A stretch of DNA of 57,405 nucleotides, the filler included, from an uncultured bacterium (GTDB lineage Bacteria > Hinthialibacterota > Hinthialibacteria > Hinthialibacterales > Hinthialibacteraceae), in the NCBI GenBank assembly GCA_964449065.1. It is 2 parts of 2 records of this genome, joined end to end, with 100 filler letters (N's around TTAATTAATTAA, not from the genome) between each part and the next. Parts side by side here need not be neighbours in the genome. Positions count along the whole stretch, not along the records: positions 1 to 28,696 come from CAYVAZ010000018.1; 1 more part is not named here. The stretch is one strand, 5' to 3'. This document shows, in pieces, positions 1-13,918 of this stretch. Position 1 is the stretch's first letter. Each line of letters opens with the position of its first letter. Below the pieces are notes generated by a model. That model did no database searches. It had not been told where the DNA came from and worked only from the letters and a program-made list of their open reading frames with translations. The position numbers and the translations under genes are program-made.

Positions 1-7
1 GGCGTGA

Positions 8-88
8 GCGGTGGGTCAGAAAGACGCGACCCACCCTACGGTTTGCATTATTCGCGTGTATTGGCGTGTATTAGCGTGCATTCGTGGT
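8..88. repeat. GTAG-type REP-like hairpin followed by a degenerate 10-bp tandem repeat
   Basis: ggtgggtc...gacccaccctac hairpin (reverse GTAG) at about 10-39; four TATTxGCGTG-like units at 49-88; similar decamer runs at 9942-9972, 38310-38340 and 50763-50793. Confidence 0.65.
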
Positions 89-95
89 TGCATTT

Positions 96-1523
96 CTACG
101 GCAGGAAGGTTTTGCCCATTAGGAATTTGTCTATATATTTGGCGGCTTTGCGGCCTTCTTCGATGGCCCAGACGACGAGGGAGGCGCCGCGTTTGGTGTC
201 TCCTGCCGCGAAGATGCCGGGTTTGGAGGTCATATAATCCTCATCCACCTTCACGTTGCCGCGTTGGTCGAGTTCCAAATCCCAATCGCTGATGACGCCT
301 TTCTTTACCGGGCCGGTAAAGCCCATCGCCAGCAGAACTAAATCGGCGTCGAGATCAAACTCGGTTCCGGGTACCTCCACGAAAGGATTGCCCTGGTCGC
401 CGGGCTTCACCTTAACCGCTTGCAGTTTCTTCACTCTACCGTTCTCTCCGGTAAACCGTTTGGTCGAAACGCTCCAATTGCGTTCGCCGCCTTCTTCATG
501 CGAAGTGGATGAACGCATAATGAAGGGCCAATACGGCCAGGGGTTGGTAGCGGGGCGTTCTTCCGGGGGCTGGGGCATGATCTCAAATTGGTGTACATGC
601 TTCGCGCCGTGGCGGTGCGAGGTCCCCAAGCAGTCCGCCCCGGTATCGCCTCCACCGATGATGACTACATTTTTATCCTTCGCTGAAATAAACTGTTCGT
701 CAGGAATATCATCCCCGGCAACGCGTTTATTGTTCAGGGTCAAAAATTCCATGGCGAAGTGAATGCCGTCCAACTCGCGGCCTTCAATCGGCAGGTTGCG
801 GGGCTGTTCGGCACCCATAGCCAAAAGCACCGCGTCAAATTCTTTATCGAGCTGATCCACGGTAATATCTTCACCCACATTCACATTAGTCTTCAAGATA
901 ACCCCTTCCGCTTCCATCTGCTTCAACCGGCGGTCGATGTGGTATTTCTCCATCTTAAAATCGGGGATGCCGTAACGCAGCAAGCCGCCGATGCGGTCTG
1001 CTTTTTCATAAACGGTTACGGTATGGCCTACGCGGGCCAGTTGCTGAGCTGCCGCCAATCCCGCCGGGCCGGAACCGATAATCGCGATTGTTTTGCCCGT
1101 CAACTTTTTCGGAGGCTGGGGGGTCACCCATCCCTCGGCAAAGGCGCGGTCGATGATGTTCATCTCAATCTGCTTGATGGTCACAGGATCATCATTAATT
1201 GCCAACGTGCAGGAATATTCACATGGGGCAGGACATACCCGTCCGGTAAATTCCGGAAAGTTGTTGGTTTTGTGCAAACGGCGGATGGCTTCTTTCCAAT
1301 CGCTGTGGTAGACCAAATCGTTCCAATCGGGGATCAAATTGCCCAAGGGGCATCCCCAATGGCAGGTCGGCACACCACAATCCATGCAGCGCGCGCCCTG
1401 AATTTTCAGCATTTCATCATCCGCTGGTTTTGTGAACTCTTTATAATGCTTTAAGCGAGATTCAACCGGTTCGTAGTCAGCGGTTTTGCGTTCGTATTCT
1501 ATAAATCCAGTGGTCTTACCCAT
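96..1523 (-). CDS. gltD: Glutamate synthase small (beta) subunit
   Basis: [10 protein letters not shown] and GRVCPAPCE Fe-S motifs; GSGPAG and GGGDTG dinucleotide-binding motifs; start overlaps the gltB stop. Confidence 0.97.
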   Translation of the reverse strand: MGKTTGFIEYERKTADYEPVESRLKHYKEFTKPADDEMLKIQGARCMDCGVPTCHWGCPLGNLIPDWNDLVYHSDWKEAIRRLHKTNNFPEFTGRVCPAPCEYSCTLAINDDPVTIKQIEMNIIDRAFAEGWVTPQPPKKLTGKTIAIIGSGPAGLAAAQQLARVGHTVTVYEKADRIGGLLRYGIPDFKMEKYHIDRRLKQMEAEGVILKTNVNVGEDITVDQLDKEFDAVLLAMGAEQPRNLPIEGRELDGIHFAMEFLTLNNKRVAGDDIPDEQFISAKDKNVVIIGGGDTGADCLGTSHRHGAKHVHQFEIMPQPPEERPATNPWPYWPFIMRSSTSHEEGGERNWSVSTKRFTGENGRVKKLQAVKVKPGDQGNPFVEVPGTEFDLDADLVLLAMGFTGPVKKGVISDWDLELDQRGNVKVDEDYMTSKPGIFAAGDTKRGASLVVWAIEEGRKAAKYIDKFLMGKTFLP

Positions 1524-4500
1524 TTGTTGCCCCTTGCAGTTCTAATGTTTTGCTCTCGGCCGGTTTCACTTCTTCGGCAGCGATTTCTTTCAGATAGCGC
1601 TTGTAGTCAATTGGCATAACTTTAATGAATTTAGGCAAATAATCACTCCAGTTATCCAGAATTCTTTTCGCTACTACGCTTTCGGTATAGTCCAAATGGC
1701 GCTGCAGCATGGTTTTCAGTTCTTCTTCGGCTTCCGCGTCGATTGGGTCTAGCTCAACCATGCCTTTGTTGCAGTTGATCTCGAATGTACCGTCTTCATC
1801 CAGTACATACGCGATTCCGCCGCTCATTCCGGCGGCAAAGTTTCTGCCAGTCGGCCCGATAATTACCGCGCGTCCACCTGTCATATACTCACAGCCGTGG
1901 TCGCCAATGCCTTCCACAACCGCCCAGGCGCCGCTATTGCGCACACAGAAGCGCTCTCCGGCAACTCCTCTAAAGTAGCATTCACCGCCGGTCGCTCCAT
2001 ACAGCGCAACGTTACCGATGATGATGTTCTCTTCCGCCTTAAACGTGGATGCTTTCGGTGGATAAATGATAATCTTGCCCCCCGTCATCCCTTTTCCGGT
2101 ATAATCGTTGGCGTCGCCTTCAATCGTCATACGGATACCATTCGCCATAAAGGCGCCCACACTCTGCCCGGCCGAACCGGTGAAATGAATTTTTATCGTT
2201 TCCGGCGGCAGACCGTGAATTCCGTGTTTTTTGGTGATCTCATGGCTTAAGATCGTCCCAACCGTCCGGTTTACGTTGCCGATTGGAATAGAAAACTCAG
2301 TCGGGGTTTGGTTCTCAATTGCGTCCTTGCAACGGGATAGCAGTTCTGTGTTATCCAAGGCTTTATCCAGTCCATGATCTTGCTGTTTGGTGCATCGAAT
2401 ACCATGATTCACGTCGGGCTTTGCAAGAATCATGGAGAAGTCAACATATTTTGCTTTCCAGTGATTCGGGTCCGGTTTTGGGATGAGTAATTCCGAATGG
2501 CCGATCATGTCGTCCATCTTACGAATCCCTAATTTTGCCATAATTTCGCGGACTTCTTCGGCAATAAACATAAAGAAATTGATGACATCTTCCGGCTTAC
2601 CCGCAAATTTTTTGCGTAGTTCCGGCTTTTGTGTCGCAATACCGACCGGGCAGGTGTTGAGATGGCATTTCCGCATCATAATGCATCCGCTGGCAACCAA
2701 AGCCGCGGTTGAAAATCCCATTTCTTCCGCGCCAAGTAGAGCGGCAACCGCAACGTCGCGTCCGGTTTTCAACTGGCCGTCCGTCTGCACAATGATGCGG
2801 TCGCGAAGGTCGTTCAAAACCAGAGTTTGCTGCGTCTCGGCTAAACCAAGTTCCCAAGGCAAACCGGCGTGTTTAATTGAAGATAACGGAGAAGCTCCGG
2901 TACCGCCAGAATCGCCGCTGATGAGCACGTGATCCGAATGCCCTTTTGAAACTCCTGCGGCAACCGTACCCACACCAATTTCTGAAACTAACTTCACTGA
3001 TATTCTTGCTTTTGGGTTAGAGTTCTTTAGGTCATGGATTAACTGAGCCAAATCCTCAATCGAGTAAATATCATGGTGTGGTGGTGGAGAAATCAGCGTT
3101 ACTCCTGGGGTAGAGTGGCGTACTTTTGCGATAACCCGGTCAACTTTATGGCCGGGCAATTGACCGCCTTCTCCAGGCTTGGCACCCTGTGCCATTTTTA
3201 TTTGCAATTCATCCGCGTTTGTCAAGTATTCATTCGTGACACCAAACCGGCCAGATGCCACTTGTTTAATCGCGCTGCGTTTGCTGTCACCATTGGGTAA
3301 GGGGATAAAGCGTTCCGGGTCTTCACCGCCTTCACCAGTATTACTCTTTCCCCCAAGACGGTTCATAGCAATCGCTAAGTTTTCGTGTGCTTCTTTGCTG
3401 ATAGCGCCAAACGATATCGCCCCGGTTACAAAGCGTTTGACAATCTCGATGACCGGTTCCACTTCCTCTATGGGAATCGGTTGGTCAGCCCACTTGAAAT
3501 CCATTAAACCGCGTAAAGTAGAATGTTTACGGTTCTCATCATTTACGATCGTGGAATATTCTTTGAACACGTCATAGCTATTGATATGCACGGCGTGCTG
3601 CAACTTCGCCACCATTTGTGGGTTGACCATGTGGTGTTCGCCGTCGCGCCGCCAGTGATAATAACCGCCGATCATCAAATCATCGTTATCCTGCGCGTAG
3701 TTGGGGAACGCGAACTCATGGCGGAACAGTGTTTCTTGCGCGACCACATCAATCTCAATCCCGCCAATTCGGGATGTTGTACCCGTAAAGTATTGATCGA
3801 TGATCTGTTTGCCCAAACCGATCGCTTCAAAGATCTGGGCGCCGCGGTAGCTCTGAAGGGTTGAAATCCCCATTTTGGAGAAGACTTTCAACAGCCCCTT
3901 ATTCACCGCTTCAATATAATTCTTGACCGCGGTTTTTTCGTCTTGAATTTCACCCAATTCGCCGTCTTTGCAAAGATCAATAACGGTATCCAGCGCGACA
4001 TACGGGTTCACCGCACCGGCGCCGTATCCGACCAAGAGGGCAAAGTGCATCACTTCGCGCGCTTCTCCGGTTTCGATAACCAATCCGGCACGGGTACGGG
4101 TCCCTTCGCGTACCAAATGATGGTGAACACCCGAACACATCAACAAACTCGGTACCGGAGCGCGTTTCTCGCTGATATTTTTATCGCTTAAGATGATGAT
4201 ATTCACACCGTCTTCTATTGCTTGATGGGCTTCATTGCATAAACGCTCCATGGCGTTTTGTAAGCCCGCATCGCCTTCCGCGACCGGAAAAGTGGCGTCG
4301 AGTTTTATGGTATTGAGTTTCCCTGAATTCACGGTGCGCAGTTTTTCCATCACTTCATTGGTGAGGATGGGCTGTTCCAGTTTCAGCATGTGGCATTGAT
4401 CGGGCGTTTCATCCAGGACATTGCCTTCCGAACCCACATACGTTTCCAGCGACATCACCAATTCTTCCCGAATCGGATCGATCGGCGGATTGGTTACTTG

Positions 4501-6096
4501 CGCAAAGCGTTGTTTAAAATAGTTAAACAGCAATTGCTCGCGGTCGGAGAGCACGGCCAAAGGCGTGTCGTTCCCCATCGAACCAACCGGCTCTTTCCCG
4601 TCTATTGCCATCGGCTGGATCAAGAACTTCAAGTCTTCATCGGTATAACCAAAGGTTTGTTGTTTTTTCAGCAATGGCAGGTCTTCATCACCGTTGTTGC
4701 TTCCTTTATAGGGAACATCCGGCAAATCGACAATGCAAACCCGGTTTTGTTTCAGCCATTCGCCGTAGGGTTTGCGTGCCGCCAAACTGTGTTTAATTTC
4801 TTCATCATTGATAATGCGGTTTTGTTCGGTATCAATCAAGAACATCCGTCCCGGCTGCAAACGCCCTTTGGATTCAACATTTTCAGGGGCAATATTCAGC
4901 ACACCGGTTTCCGATGCCATTACCACGAAACCATCTTTTGTTACCGTATAGCGTGATGGACGTAAACCATTACGGTCGAGTAGGGCTCCAATCCGGATCC
5001 CGTCCGAAAACGCGATTGAGGCCGGGCCGTCCCACGGTTCCATCAGGCACGAATGATATTCATAGAAGTCTTTCTTTTCTTGGCTCATGCTTTCATGGCC
5101 GCTCCAGGCTTCGGGAATCAGCATCAGAATGGCGTGTTCCAACGATCGTCCGCCCAGCGTCAATAACTCAAGCGCGTTGTCAATCACGGCCGAGTCACTC
5201 GCACCATGCAAACTAATCGGAAACAGTTTCTTGATATCCTCGCCGAACAAATCCGATTTCATCAGCGATTCACGCGCGTGCATCCAATTGGTGTTTCCCT
5301 GCACGGTGTTGATCTCACCGTTGTGCGCCAAATAGCGGAAGGGCTGCCCCAAATCCCAAGTCGGAAAGGTATTGGTGCTGTAGCGTGAATGCACCATTGC
5401 CAACCCGCTGACCATATTTGGATCGCTCAAATCGGGGAAATACTGAATCACCTGATGGGCGGTTAATTGTCCTTTGTAGTTCAGGGTTTTATAGGAAAGA
5501 CTGGGGACATAGAAGTACCCTTGGTAATCGGGGTTTCGTACGATGGTGTTATACGCGATTTTACGGATGACATATAATTTCCGTTCAAACGCGTCTGCAT
5601 TAATGCAGTTCTCTCCACGTTGAATATAAATTTGCTTGATGATGGGTTCGGTGGATTTTGCCACATACCCGATAACGGAATTGTTAACGGGAACCTCTCT
5701 CCAGCCCAACACCGTTTGGCCTTCTTCTTTGACAATCTGTTCCAAGCGTTTTTCCGCCCATTCTCTTTTGGCAGGGTCTTTATCCAAAAAGATATTTCCC
5801 ACGGCATACTCACCAAATGGAGGCATTTCAAAAGGGAGGCTGTCGCTGGCGTGGCGCAAAAATTCATCCGGCATTTGCAGCATAATCCCCGCGCCGTCTC
5901 CGGTATTGGGGTCACAGCCGCAAGCGCCGCGGTGTGCCAGGCGTTCCAACACTTCCAACCCCTGCACAATAATATTGTGAGACTTCCGCCCATCGATATT
6001 CGCGACAAATCCAACGCCGCAACTGTCGTGTTCAAATGCCGGATCATACAATCCAAAGCGGGCGGGCATGTTGTTTACGTTACGCATAATCATCAC
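1516..6096 (-). CDS. gltB: Glutamate synthase large (alpha) subunit
   Basis: EHDSCGVGF amidotransferase N-terminus, [33 protein letters not shown] 3Fe-4S motif, GltB C-terminal repeats; exact start codon uncertain. Confidence 0.98.
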   Translation of the reverse strand: MMIMRNVNNMPARFGLYDPAFEHDSCGVGFVANIDGRKSHNIIVQGLEVLERLAHRGACGCDPNTGDGAGIMLQMPDEFLRHASDSLPFEMPPFGEYAVGNIFLDKDPAKREWAEKRLEQIVKEEGQTVLGWREVPVNNSVIGYVAKSTEPIIKQIYIQRGENCINADAFERKLYVIRKIAYNTIVRNPDYQGYFYVPSLSYKTLNYKGQLTAHQVIQYFPDLSDPNMVSGLAMVHSRYSTNTFPTWDLGQPFRYLAHNGEINTVQGNTNWMHARESLMKSDLFGEDIKKLFPISLHGASDSAVIDNALELLTLGGRSLEHAILMLIPEAWSGHESMSQEKKDFYEYHSCLMEPWDGPASIAFSDGIRIGALLDRNGLRPSRYTVTKDGFVVMASETGVLNIAPENVESKGRLQPGRMFLIDTEQNRIINDEEIKHSLAARKPYGEWLKQNRVCIVDLPDVPYKGSNNGDEDLPLLKKQQTFGYTDEDLKFLIQPMAIDGKEPVGSMGNDTPLAVLSDREQLLFNYFKQRFAQVTNPPIDPIREELVMSLETYVGSEGNVLDETPDQCHMLKLEQPILTNEVMEKLRTVNSGKLNTIKLDATFPVAEGDAGLQNAMERLCNEAHQAIEDGVNIIILSDKNISEKRAPVPSLLMCSGVHHHLVREGTRTRAGLVIETGEAREVMHFALLVGYGAGAVNPYVALDTVIDLCKDGELGEIQDEKTAVKNYIEAVNKGLLKVFSKMGISTLQSYRGAQIFEAIGLGKQIIDQYFTGTTSRIGGIEIDVVAQETLFRHEFAFPNYAQDNDDLMIGGYYHWRRDGEHHMVNPQMVAKLQHAVHINSYDVFKEYSTIVNDENRKHSTLRGLMDFKWADQPIPIEEVEPVIEIVKRFVTGAISFGAISKEAHENLAIAMNRLGGKSNTGEGGEDPERFIPLPNGDSKRSAIKQVASGRFGVTNEYLTNADELQIKMAQGAKPGEGGQLPGHKVDRVIAKVRHSTPGVTLISPPPHHDIYSIEDLAQLIHDLKNSNPKARISVKLVSEIGVGTVAAGVSKGHSDHVLISGDSGGTGASPLSSIKHAGLPWELGLAETQQTLVLNDLRDRIIVQTDGQLKTGRDVAVAALLGAEEMGFSTAALVASGCIMMRKCHLNTCPVGIATQKPELRKKFAGKPEDVINFFMFIAEEVREIMAKLGIRKMDDMIGHSELLIPKPDPNHWKAKYVDFSMILAKPDVNHGIRCTKQQDHGLDKALDNTELLSRCKDAIENQTPTEFSIPIGNVNRTVGTILSHEITKKHGIHGLPPETIKIHFTGSAGQSVGAFMANGIRMTIEGDANDYTGKGMTGGKIIIYPPKASTFKAEENIIIGNVALYGATGGECYFRGVAGERFCVRNSGAWAVVEGIGDHGCEYMTGGRAVIIGPTGRNFAAGMSGGIAYVLDEDGTFEINCNKGMVELDPIDAEAEEELKTMLQRHLDYTESVVAKRILDNWSDYLPKFIKVMPIDYKRYLKEIAAEEVKPAESKTLELQGATNG

Positions 6097-6762
6097 CTAA
6101 GTTAAAGATCAATCAGACTTTCTGGCCTTGCTTCGCACAAATATTCACCGCATCAAATATTCAAAACAGAAATCCGGCTTTTGTTACGGTTCTGTTTGGA
6201 GCCTGACTATTATATGAAATATCATAATGTTGTCTAGCATGTTGCCTAAAAGTTATTGCTACGGTCAAATCAGACAATTTTTCTTTTAAACATGTTACTT
6301 CTTGTACGAGTTTAACCCCCTGAGTGTTTTTGTTGTTAGAATGAAGGGATGAGCGGGGCAAATCAGATAGCAGTGTAACGCTTGCTGCCGGATTTCTTTG
6401 CCAAAATGCCGGAAGAAAGATAAACTGAATGGATTTTCTTGTGAAATAAAGTTCTCATAGGTATCGTCGTATCTGTATATAAGGTCTCATTATATAAGGT
6501 CTCATTGCCCAGCATAATTTTACTGGATCGGTTAGCAAAGTCAAATCACTTTTTTGGCTCACTTTTATTTCGGCAAACCGTTTGAACCTATGGTGATCGC
6601 AACTTTTTCTATTAAACTATTGCTTCACCAAAATAGACGTTAAATAGTTGGTTTAAAATTTAACCAAAAGAATACATAAAACCGCAAGACAATCAAGGGA
6701 TTATATCCTATTTTGGAAACCAAGCGGAGAGTTTAATTCGAAAGCAATACCCGGAGGAAATC

Positions 6763-9357
<2,595 letters not shown>

Positions 9358-9461
9358 TACTGTTTCCATATTGGATTGTAAAATAGGAGCAGCGATAAGC
9401 CTCTACGAAAAGAAGGACTTAGCACATTTCTTATCCGACAATCCTAAATAACCTCTGCATC

Positions 9462-9610
9462 ATACCAAATTGCAATAAGAATGTTGGTTAAAATCAAGTG
9501 ATCAGAGATAGTCATGATGGGCTACGCTTCGTTTTGAGCCCACCTTACAGTTTCATTATCCCGTATGGTTGCGTGAAAGATAACTCACTTTGTTATATGC
9601 ATCTTGGTAT
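9462..9610. mobile_element. Putative MITE, family C (ATACC ends), carrying a REP-like hairpin
   Basis: Imperfect terminal inverted repeats ataccaaattgca / tgcatcttggtat; similar ends at 50882-51030. Confidence 0.5.
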
Positions 9611-9630
9611 AAAACCGTTTCAATTAGTAG

Positions 9631-9891
9631 CTGATGTTACACAATCAATGCTTAACGATTGCTTGAAAATGGTTTATGTTGTGAGCCAACTATTCCAAGT
9701 CAAACGCAGTGTCTATCGTCTTCTCCCATTGGGAGAAGATAAGAGATGAGGGCGATGGCTCCCTCTGACGCAGTAGCGTCATTAGAGATTTATTCCTCCC
9801 GAACCCTCACCCCGTCCCTCTCCCGGTGGGCGAGGGCGATAGTTTCAGCGAACGATTAGAAAAACGTGCATAGCATAGTGCGTAACATGAG
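9631..9891 (+). mobile_element. MITE family A (~260-275 bp)
   Basis: Ends ctgatgttacaca / tgcgtaacatgag flanked by the direct repeat TTAGTAG on both sides; internal hairpins tcttctccc-att-gggagaaga and ccctcaccccgtccctctcc...gggcgaggg. Confidence 0.85.
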
Positions 9892-9917
9892 TTAGTAGAA
9901 TAACTATATTCAACTTT

Positions 9918-10048
9918 ATGAACTGGAAATGGCCGCGTTGTTATCCGCGTGAATTTGCGTGTATTCGCGGTTAAAAAAACGTGGAGCACCGCAGATTCAA
10001 GATTATTCCTTACGGAGAGTAGACCAAAGGGAAGAGACGATAGACCTT
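9918..10048. repeat. Partial copy of the family-D element including its junction with a family-A hairpin
   Basis: Aligns by eye to about 50739-50870, including tacggagagtagaccaaaggg. Confidence 0.7.
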
Positions 10049-10148
10049 AAGTATTTGATAGAAAGAATTTCGGCCTAAAACGGATTCCTTTTTATTGGAC
10101 TCAAATTACCAGACGCCGACTACCAATTGCGAAACCTCTCTTGTTGAA

Positions 10149-11426
10149 TTATTCCGGTTTATTTTTGATATGTTGGATCAATTCTACCAACGAGCCAGTC
10201 CAAGGGAATGTTTGGTTTTGTCCATCCCGCATTGACTTTACGGTTAATTCTTGCTTTTCAATTTCTTCCGAACCGATGATAATCACAAAGCCGGCTTGTA
10301 ATTTATTCGCCATCTGCATTTGTTTGCGAAAGCTTTTTCCCATGTAATCACGGTCACAACGAAGTCCGGCTTGGCGGAGAGTGGTGATTAGATTGAGCGC
10401 TTCCCTGCTTTCCGTATCGCCGGCAGCAACAATAAACACATCAAGCCCGCTTTGCAATTCCGGTATCTTACCGGTTTCTTGCAATATGAGTACAAGACGT
10501 TCCATGCCCGCACCAAAACCGATTCCCGGAACGGGATTCCCCCCCAAATACTCGACCAAACCGTCGTAACGGCCGCCGCCTAGAAGCACGCCTTGAGAGC
10601 CCAATGGTGTGTACATCATTTCGAAGGCGGTTTTAGTATAATAGTCCAATCCACGAACCAAATAGGGATCCACTTCATACACGATTGATAAATCATCAAG
10701 ACCGGATTTGACTTGATGAAAATGCTCTATGGATTCTTCGTTTAAACTGTCGTATAATTTCGGCGCCTCTTTCAGCAATTCTTGGCACGATTCATTCTTG
10801 CAATCAAACATACGCAAAGGGTTGGTATTGAATCGCGTATGACAATCACCACAAAATTGATCCAATTTGGGCTGAATAAAGTCGACAAATTTTACTTTGT
10901 GTATGGCCCTGCACTCGGAAGTACCGATACTATTTATTTTAAGGATCAGTTCATCCAATCCCAGGCTTTGATAAAAGCGGTGCAGCATGACCAAGAGTTC
11001 AACATCGATCTCCGGGCCGGGGGAGCCGAATACTTCGCAGCCGTATTGCACGTGTTGGCGAAACCGGCCTTTTTGTTTGCGTTCATAACGAAACATCGGG
11101 GCGAAATACCATAGTTTTGTCACGCCGGGGCTTTTCTTTTCCAATCCATTCTCTAAGAAGGCCCGTACGACGCTTGCGGTTCCTTCTGGACGAAGAGTGA
11201 TGCTGCGGTCTCCGCGATCCATAAAGGTATACATTTCTTTGTTAACAATATCTGTTGATTCACCTACCCCGCGCTGAAACAGTTCGGTGGCTTCAAAAAT
11301 TGGGGTGCGGATTTCGCCGTAATTATACGCATGGAACATATCCCGGATTTTGGCTTCTAATTTGCTCCAAACGGCAGTATCTTCGGGAATCAGGTCATAG
11401 GTTCCAACCGGACGCTGGATTTTCAT
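10149..11426 (-). CDS. hisS: Histidine--tRNA ligase
   Basis: LRPEGTASVVR, FRYERKQKGRFRQH, LVRGLDYYT, GGGRYDGL, C-terminal anticodon-binding domain; start moved to ATG 11426 (GGAG RBS). Confidence 0.98.
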   Translation of the reverse strand: MKIQRPVGTYDLIPEDTAVWSKLEAKIRDMFHAYNYGEIRTPIFEATELFQRGVGESTDIVNKEMYTFMDRGDRSITLRPEGTASVVRAFLENGLEKKSPGVTKLWYFAPMFRYERKQKGRFRQHVQYGCEVFGSPGPEIDVELLVMLHRFYQSLGLDELILKINSIGTSECRAIHKVKFVDFIQPKLDQFCGDCHTRFNTNPLRMFDCKNESCQELLKEAPKLYDSLNEESIEHFHQVKSGLDDLSIVYEVDPYLVRGLDYYTKTAFEMMYTPLGSQGVLLGGGRYDGLVEYLGGNPVPGIGFGAGMERLVLILQETGKIPELQSGLDVFIVAAGDTESREALNLITTLRQAGLRCDRDYMGKSFRKQMQMANKLQAGFVIIIGSEEIEKQELTVKSMRDGQNQTFPWTGSLVELIQHIKNKPE

Positions 11427-11582
11427 GGGATTTCTCCATAAACGATCTGGGATGACAATTACGTTGGGATTATAGAATCTGCGTAAAATTTCGTAAGCAA
11501 GAAAGCCGCGGCGAATGACAGAAAAAAAGGTGAATGAGCAAAACACCCATCCACCTCATCACAATAAAGTTGACTAAATTGG

Positions 11583-13043
11583 TTAATAAAGTGACCATTC
11601 AGCAATGGAGGTACCGCCCTCGCTGCTTAGCGTCAAGTTGCCGTATGAGCGTTCATGATGAGGCCGTCCGTTCCATGCCAATTGTGTTTTGCGGTTGATA
11701 CCGGTACCGTCATCGTCGTTGACAGCGATGTCGAATCCCATAACGTCTGCCGGTTCAAATAAGGTTTCTTTAAGAATTTTGAATTCAACTTGATACCCTG
11801 TACTTGTTGTAGAAGCGGCACCGAACCATTCATCGGTTTCTCCAAAAAACGGGTTGTTGGCTTCATTGTCACGCCATGCGCCATTTGCGGTCAGAACAAA
11901 CTGGCCTTCGAAAAGGTTGGTGTTTGTGCGGCCGTTGTCATCGCTGGCATCGGAATCAAAAAAGACCTCCACGCTGTCATCCAGCCAGGTTTGGCCGTCT
12001 TCGGTTCCGGCATCGGCGGAATCGGTAACGACATTGTCATCCGTCACATCGACAGCCACATAGATGGCATCGCTATCGTGAACAATCCATCCCATCCAGT
12101 CATGATCGCCTAACGCCCAATCGTCATCGCCGTTGTAGTTGCCGGAATGGGTGGTAACTGAAATTGTATCTGCGTTGCCGTACTCATCCGCGTTTATTGT
12201 TCCATCAATTGTGGGCGCGGACGAAACAGCTGGGGCGGTGTAATCACGCGGGCCTAATACAAGATTGCCGTATGAGGCTTCCACATGGGTTAAACCTGAC
12301 CAGGTATATTGGTTTTCCAGGGTGTCACCATCGTCATCGTCATTCACGGCAATATCAAAACCAATAATATCCCCCGGCTGCGGATTGCCTAAAATATCAA
12401 GTGAAATACGGAATTCGAACTCCATATTTCCATCGGCGTTGATTTCGGACAACCCATGCCAAGCATTGTTTTCCCCATAGCCGGGATTGCCGGCTTCGGC
12501 ATGACGAAACGCATTGTTAATGGTGACAACATACTGCCCTCCGGTTGACCACCCTTCCGGTTTATCCCCGGCGGTATCGCGTTCGGGAAAATTGCTGTTG
12601 TCTCCATCCACAAATACTTCCACGCTGTCATCGTTCCAGGTTTGTTCGTTTTCCGAACCCGGAGCAGCTGAATCGTCAGTCAGAAAATCATCAATCACAC
12701 GAACGGCAACATAGAGGTTTTCCTCATCATACCCAACATAAAAATCGGCGCCAAAGTCTGATTCGTCAAGCGGTCCGATTCCGGTTGCAACGTTGCCGCC
12801 GCGCGTAAAGTCTTCTTCATCGGCGTTAAAGCGGATTGTCCAATACGAATTGCCACCGGCTTGAGCGCCGCCCGCATAAGACCAGGGCTCGTTTTCCGTA
12901 TCGATTAAGCCATCAATAACCGGGGCTTCCGCAAACGGCATCGCAACCCGCGTTTTGGTTTCGTCAAAGGTTTGACGATCCGCCACAGCTATCGTTGCAG
13001 ACAAACATACAAACAAACTTACAGTGTTCCTAACATTTTTCAT
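11583..13043 (-). CDS. Secreted acidic protein with two CBM9/DOMON-like sugar-binding domains, ending in WSLY
   Basis: Signal-peptide-like N-terminus (MKNVRN...IAVA); internal duplication PxIDG...LYVAVxVxDD...DDSVEVFxD...GFDIAVNDDD...YGNL; GGAGGA RBS before ATG 13043. Confidence 0.8.
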   Translation of the reverse strand: MKNVRNTVSLFVCLSATIAVADRQTFDETKTRVAMPFAEAPVIDGLIDTENEPWSYAGGAQAGGNSYWTIRFNADEEDFTRGGNVATGIGPLDESDFGADFYVGYDEENLYVAVRVIDDFLTDDSAAPGSENEQTWNDDSVEVFVDGDNSNFPERDTAGDKPEGWSTGGQYVVTINNAFRHAEAGNPGYGENNAWHGLSEINADGNMEFEFRISLDILGNPQPGDIIGFDIAVNDDDDGDTLENQYTWSGLTHVEASYGNLVLGPRDYTAPAVSSAPTIDGTINADEYGNADTISVTTHSGNYNGDDDWALGDHDWMGWIVHDSDAIYVAVDVTDDNVVTDSADAGTEDGQTWLDDSVEVFFDSDASDDNGRTNTNLFEGQFVLTANGAWRDNEANNPFFGETDEWFGAASTTSTGYQVEFKILKETLFEPADVMGFDIAVNDDDGTGINRKTQLAWNGRPHHERSYGNLTLSSEGGTSIAEWSLY

Positions 13044-13270
13044 TGCACTTTCCTCCAATAAAAATAACAGAATGAAATACTAAAGTAAGCAATCCTATCA
13101 TACTTCAATCAAAAACGCAATAAAAATATCGATATATTATACTTGGAAAAACACCTGAAATTTTATCAAATTTATCATTGATGGGTTGACTTCAGGTTTC
13201 TTTCCGTTAAATTCTTATCCATAAAATCTGAATAAAGTTAGTTAATTTATTATCTAACGAAAATCCTCAC

Positions 13271-13918
13271 ATGACAAACTTTCATTTTCCAAAATGGTCT
13301 AACAAAGCCGCATTTGCGTTCCTGTTCACTGCGGCGGCTGTCCCTGCCTATGCTTTGTTTCTTTTGTATTACGGCGGACGCCCCACGACCACTGACGTAG
13401 GATATGCGCCGGAGCAGCCTGTTCCATACAGCCATGCCCTGCACGTCGGAGAACTGGGTATGGATTGCCGGTATTGCCACAATACGGTAGAGCAAGCCGG
13501 TCATGCAGCCATTCCACCCACTCAAACATGTATTAATTGTCACAACAATGTTAGGGCCAATAGTGAACTGCTTCTACCGATCCGTGAGAGCATCGCGACC
13601 GGTGAAGCGGTAGAATGGATAAAGGTTCACGATTTGCCGGATTACGCCTATTTTAACCATAGCGCTCATGTAAACAGCGGCGTGAGTTGTGTATCCTGCC
13701 ACGGGCGTGTAGACAAAATGGAAGTTGTTTATCAAAAAGAACCGCTAAGTATGGGTTGGTGCCTTGACTGTCACAGAAATCCGGAAAAATATGTGCGTCC
13801 TGTCGACAAAGTTTATGAATTGGATTGGGAGCCGGAAGATCAGATCTCAATGGGTCTTGAATTGATAGAAAAAAATAACATTAAGCCTTCAACGGATTGT
13901 TCAACATGCCACCGGTAA
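13271..13918 (+). CDS. actA: Alternative complex III pentaheme cytochrome c subunit
   Basis: N-terminal TM helix, five CxxCH motifs (CRYCH, CINCH, CVSCH, CLDCH, CSTCH), [10 protein letters not shown]. Confidence 0.93.
   Translation: MTNFHFPKWSNKAAFAFLFTAAAVPAYALFLLYYGGRPTTTDVGYAPEQPVPYSHALHVGELGMDCRYCHNTVEQAGHAAIPPTQTCINCHNNVRANSELLLPIRESIATGEAVEWIKVHDLPDYAYFNHSAHVNSGVSCVSCHGRVDKMEVVYQKEPLSMGWCLDCHRNPEKYVRPVDKVYELDWEPEDQISMGLELIEKNNIKPSTDCSTCHR

Noticed and set aside
6097..6762. Glutamine riboswitch or sigma54 promoter upstream of gltB
   Set aside because: Could not find the glnA-motif consensus or a convincing -24/-12 by eye; an Infernal scan would be needed
9498..9989. Short ORFs 9498-9749 and 9807-9989, with look-alikes at 50631-51170 and 56023-56232
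   Set aside because: Their mutual similarity comes from translating MITE/REP DNA; stops and frames are not conserved between copies
11427..11546. N-terminal extensions of HisS (likewise ActE, CoxA, HpnE, DUF2283, CysC) in the ORF track
   Set aside because: Downstream ATGs with RBS or family-typical N-termini fit better; extensions overlap other genes or are non-homologous
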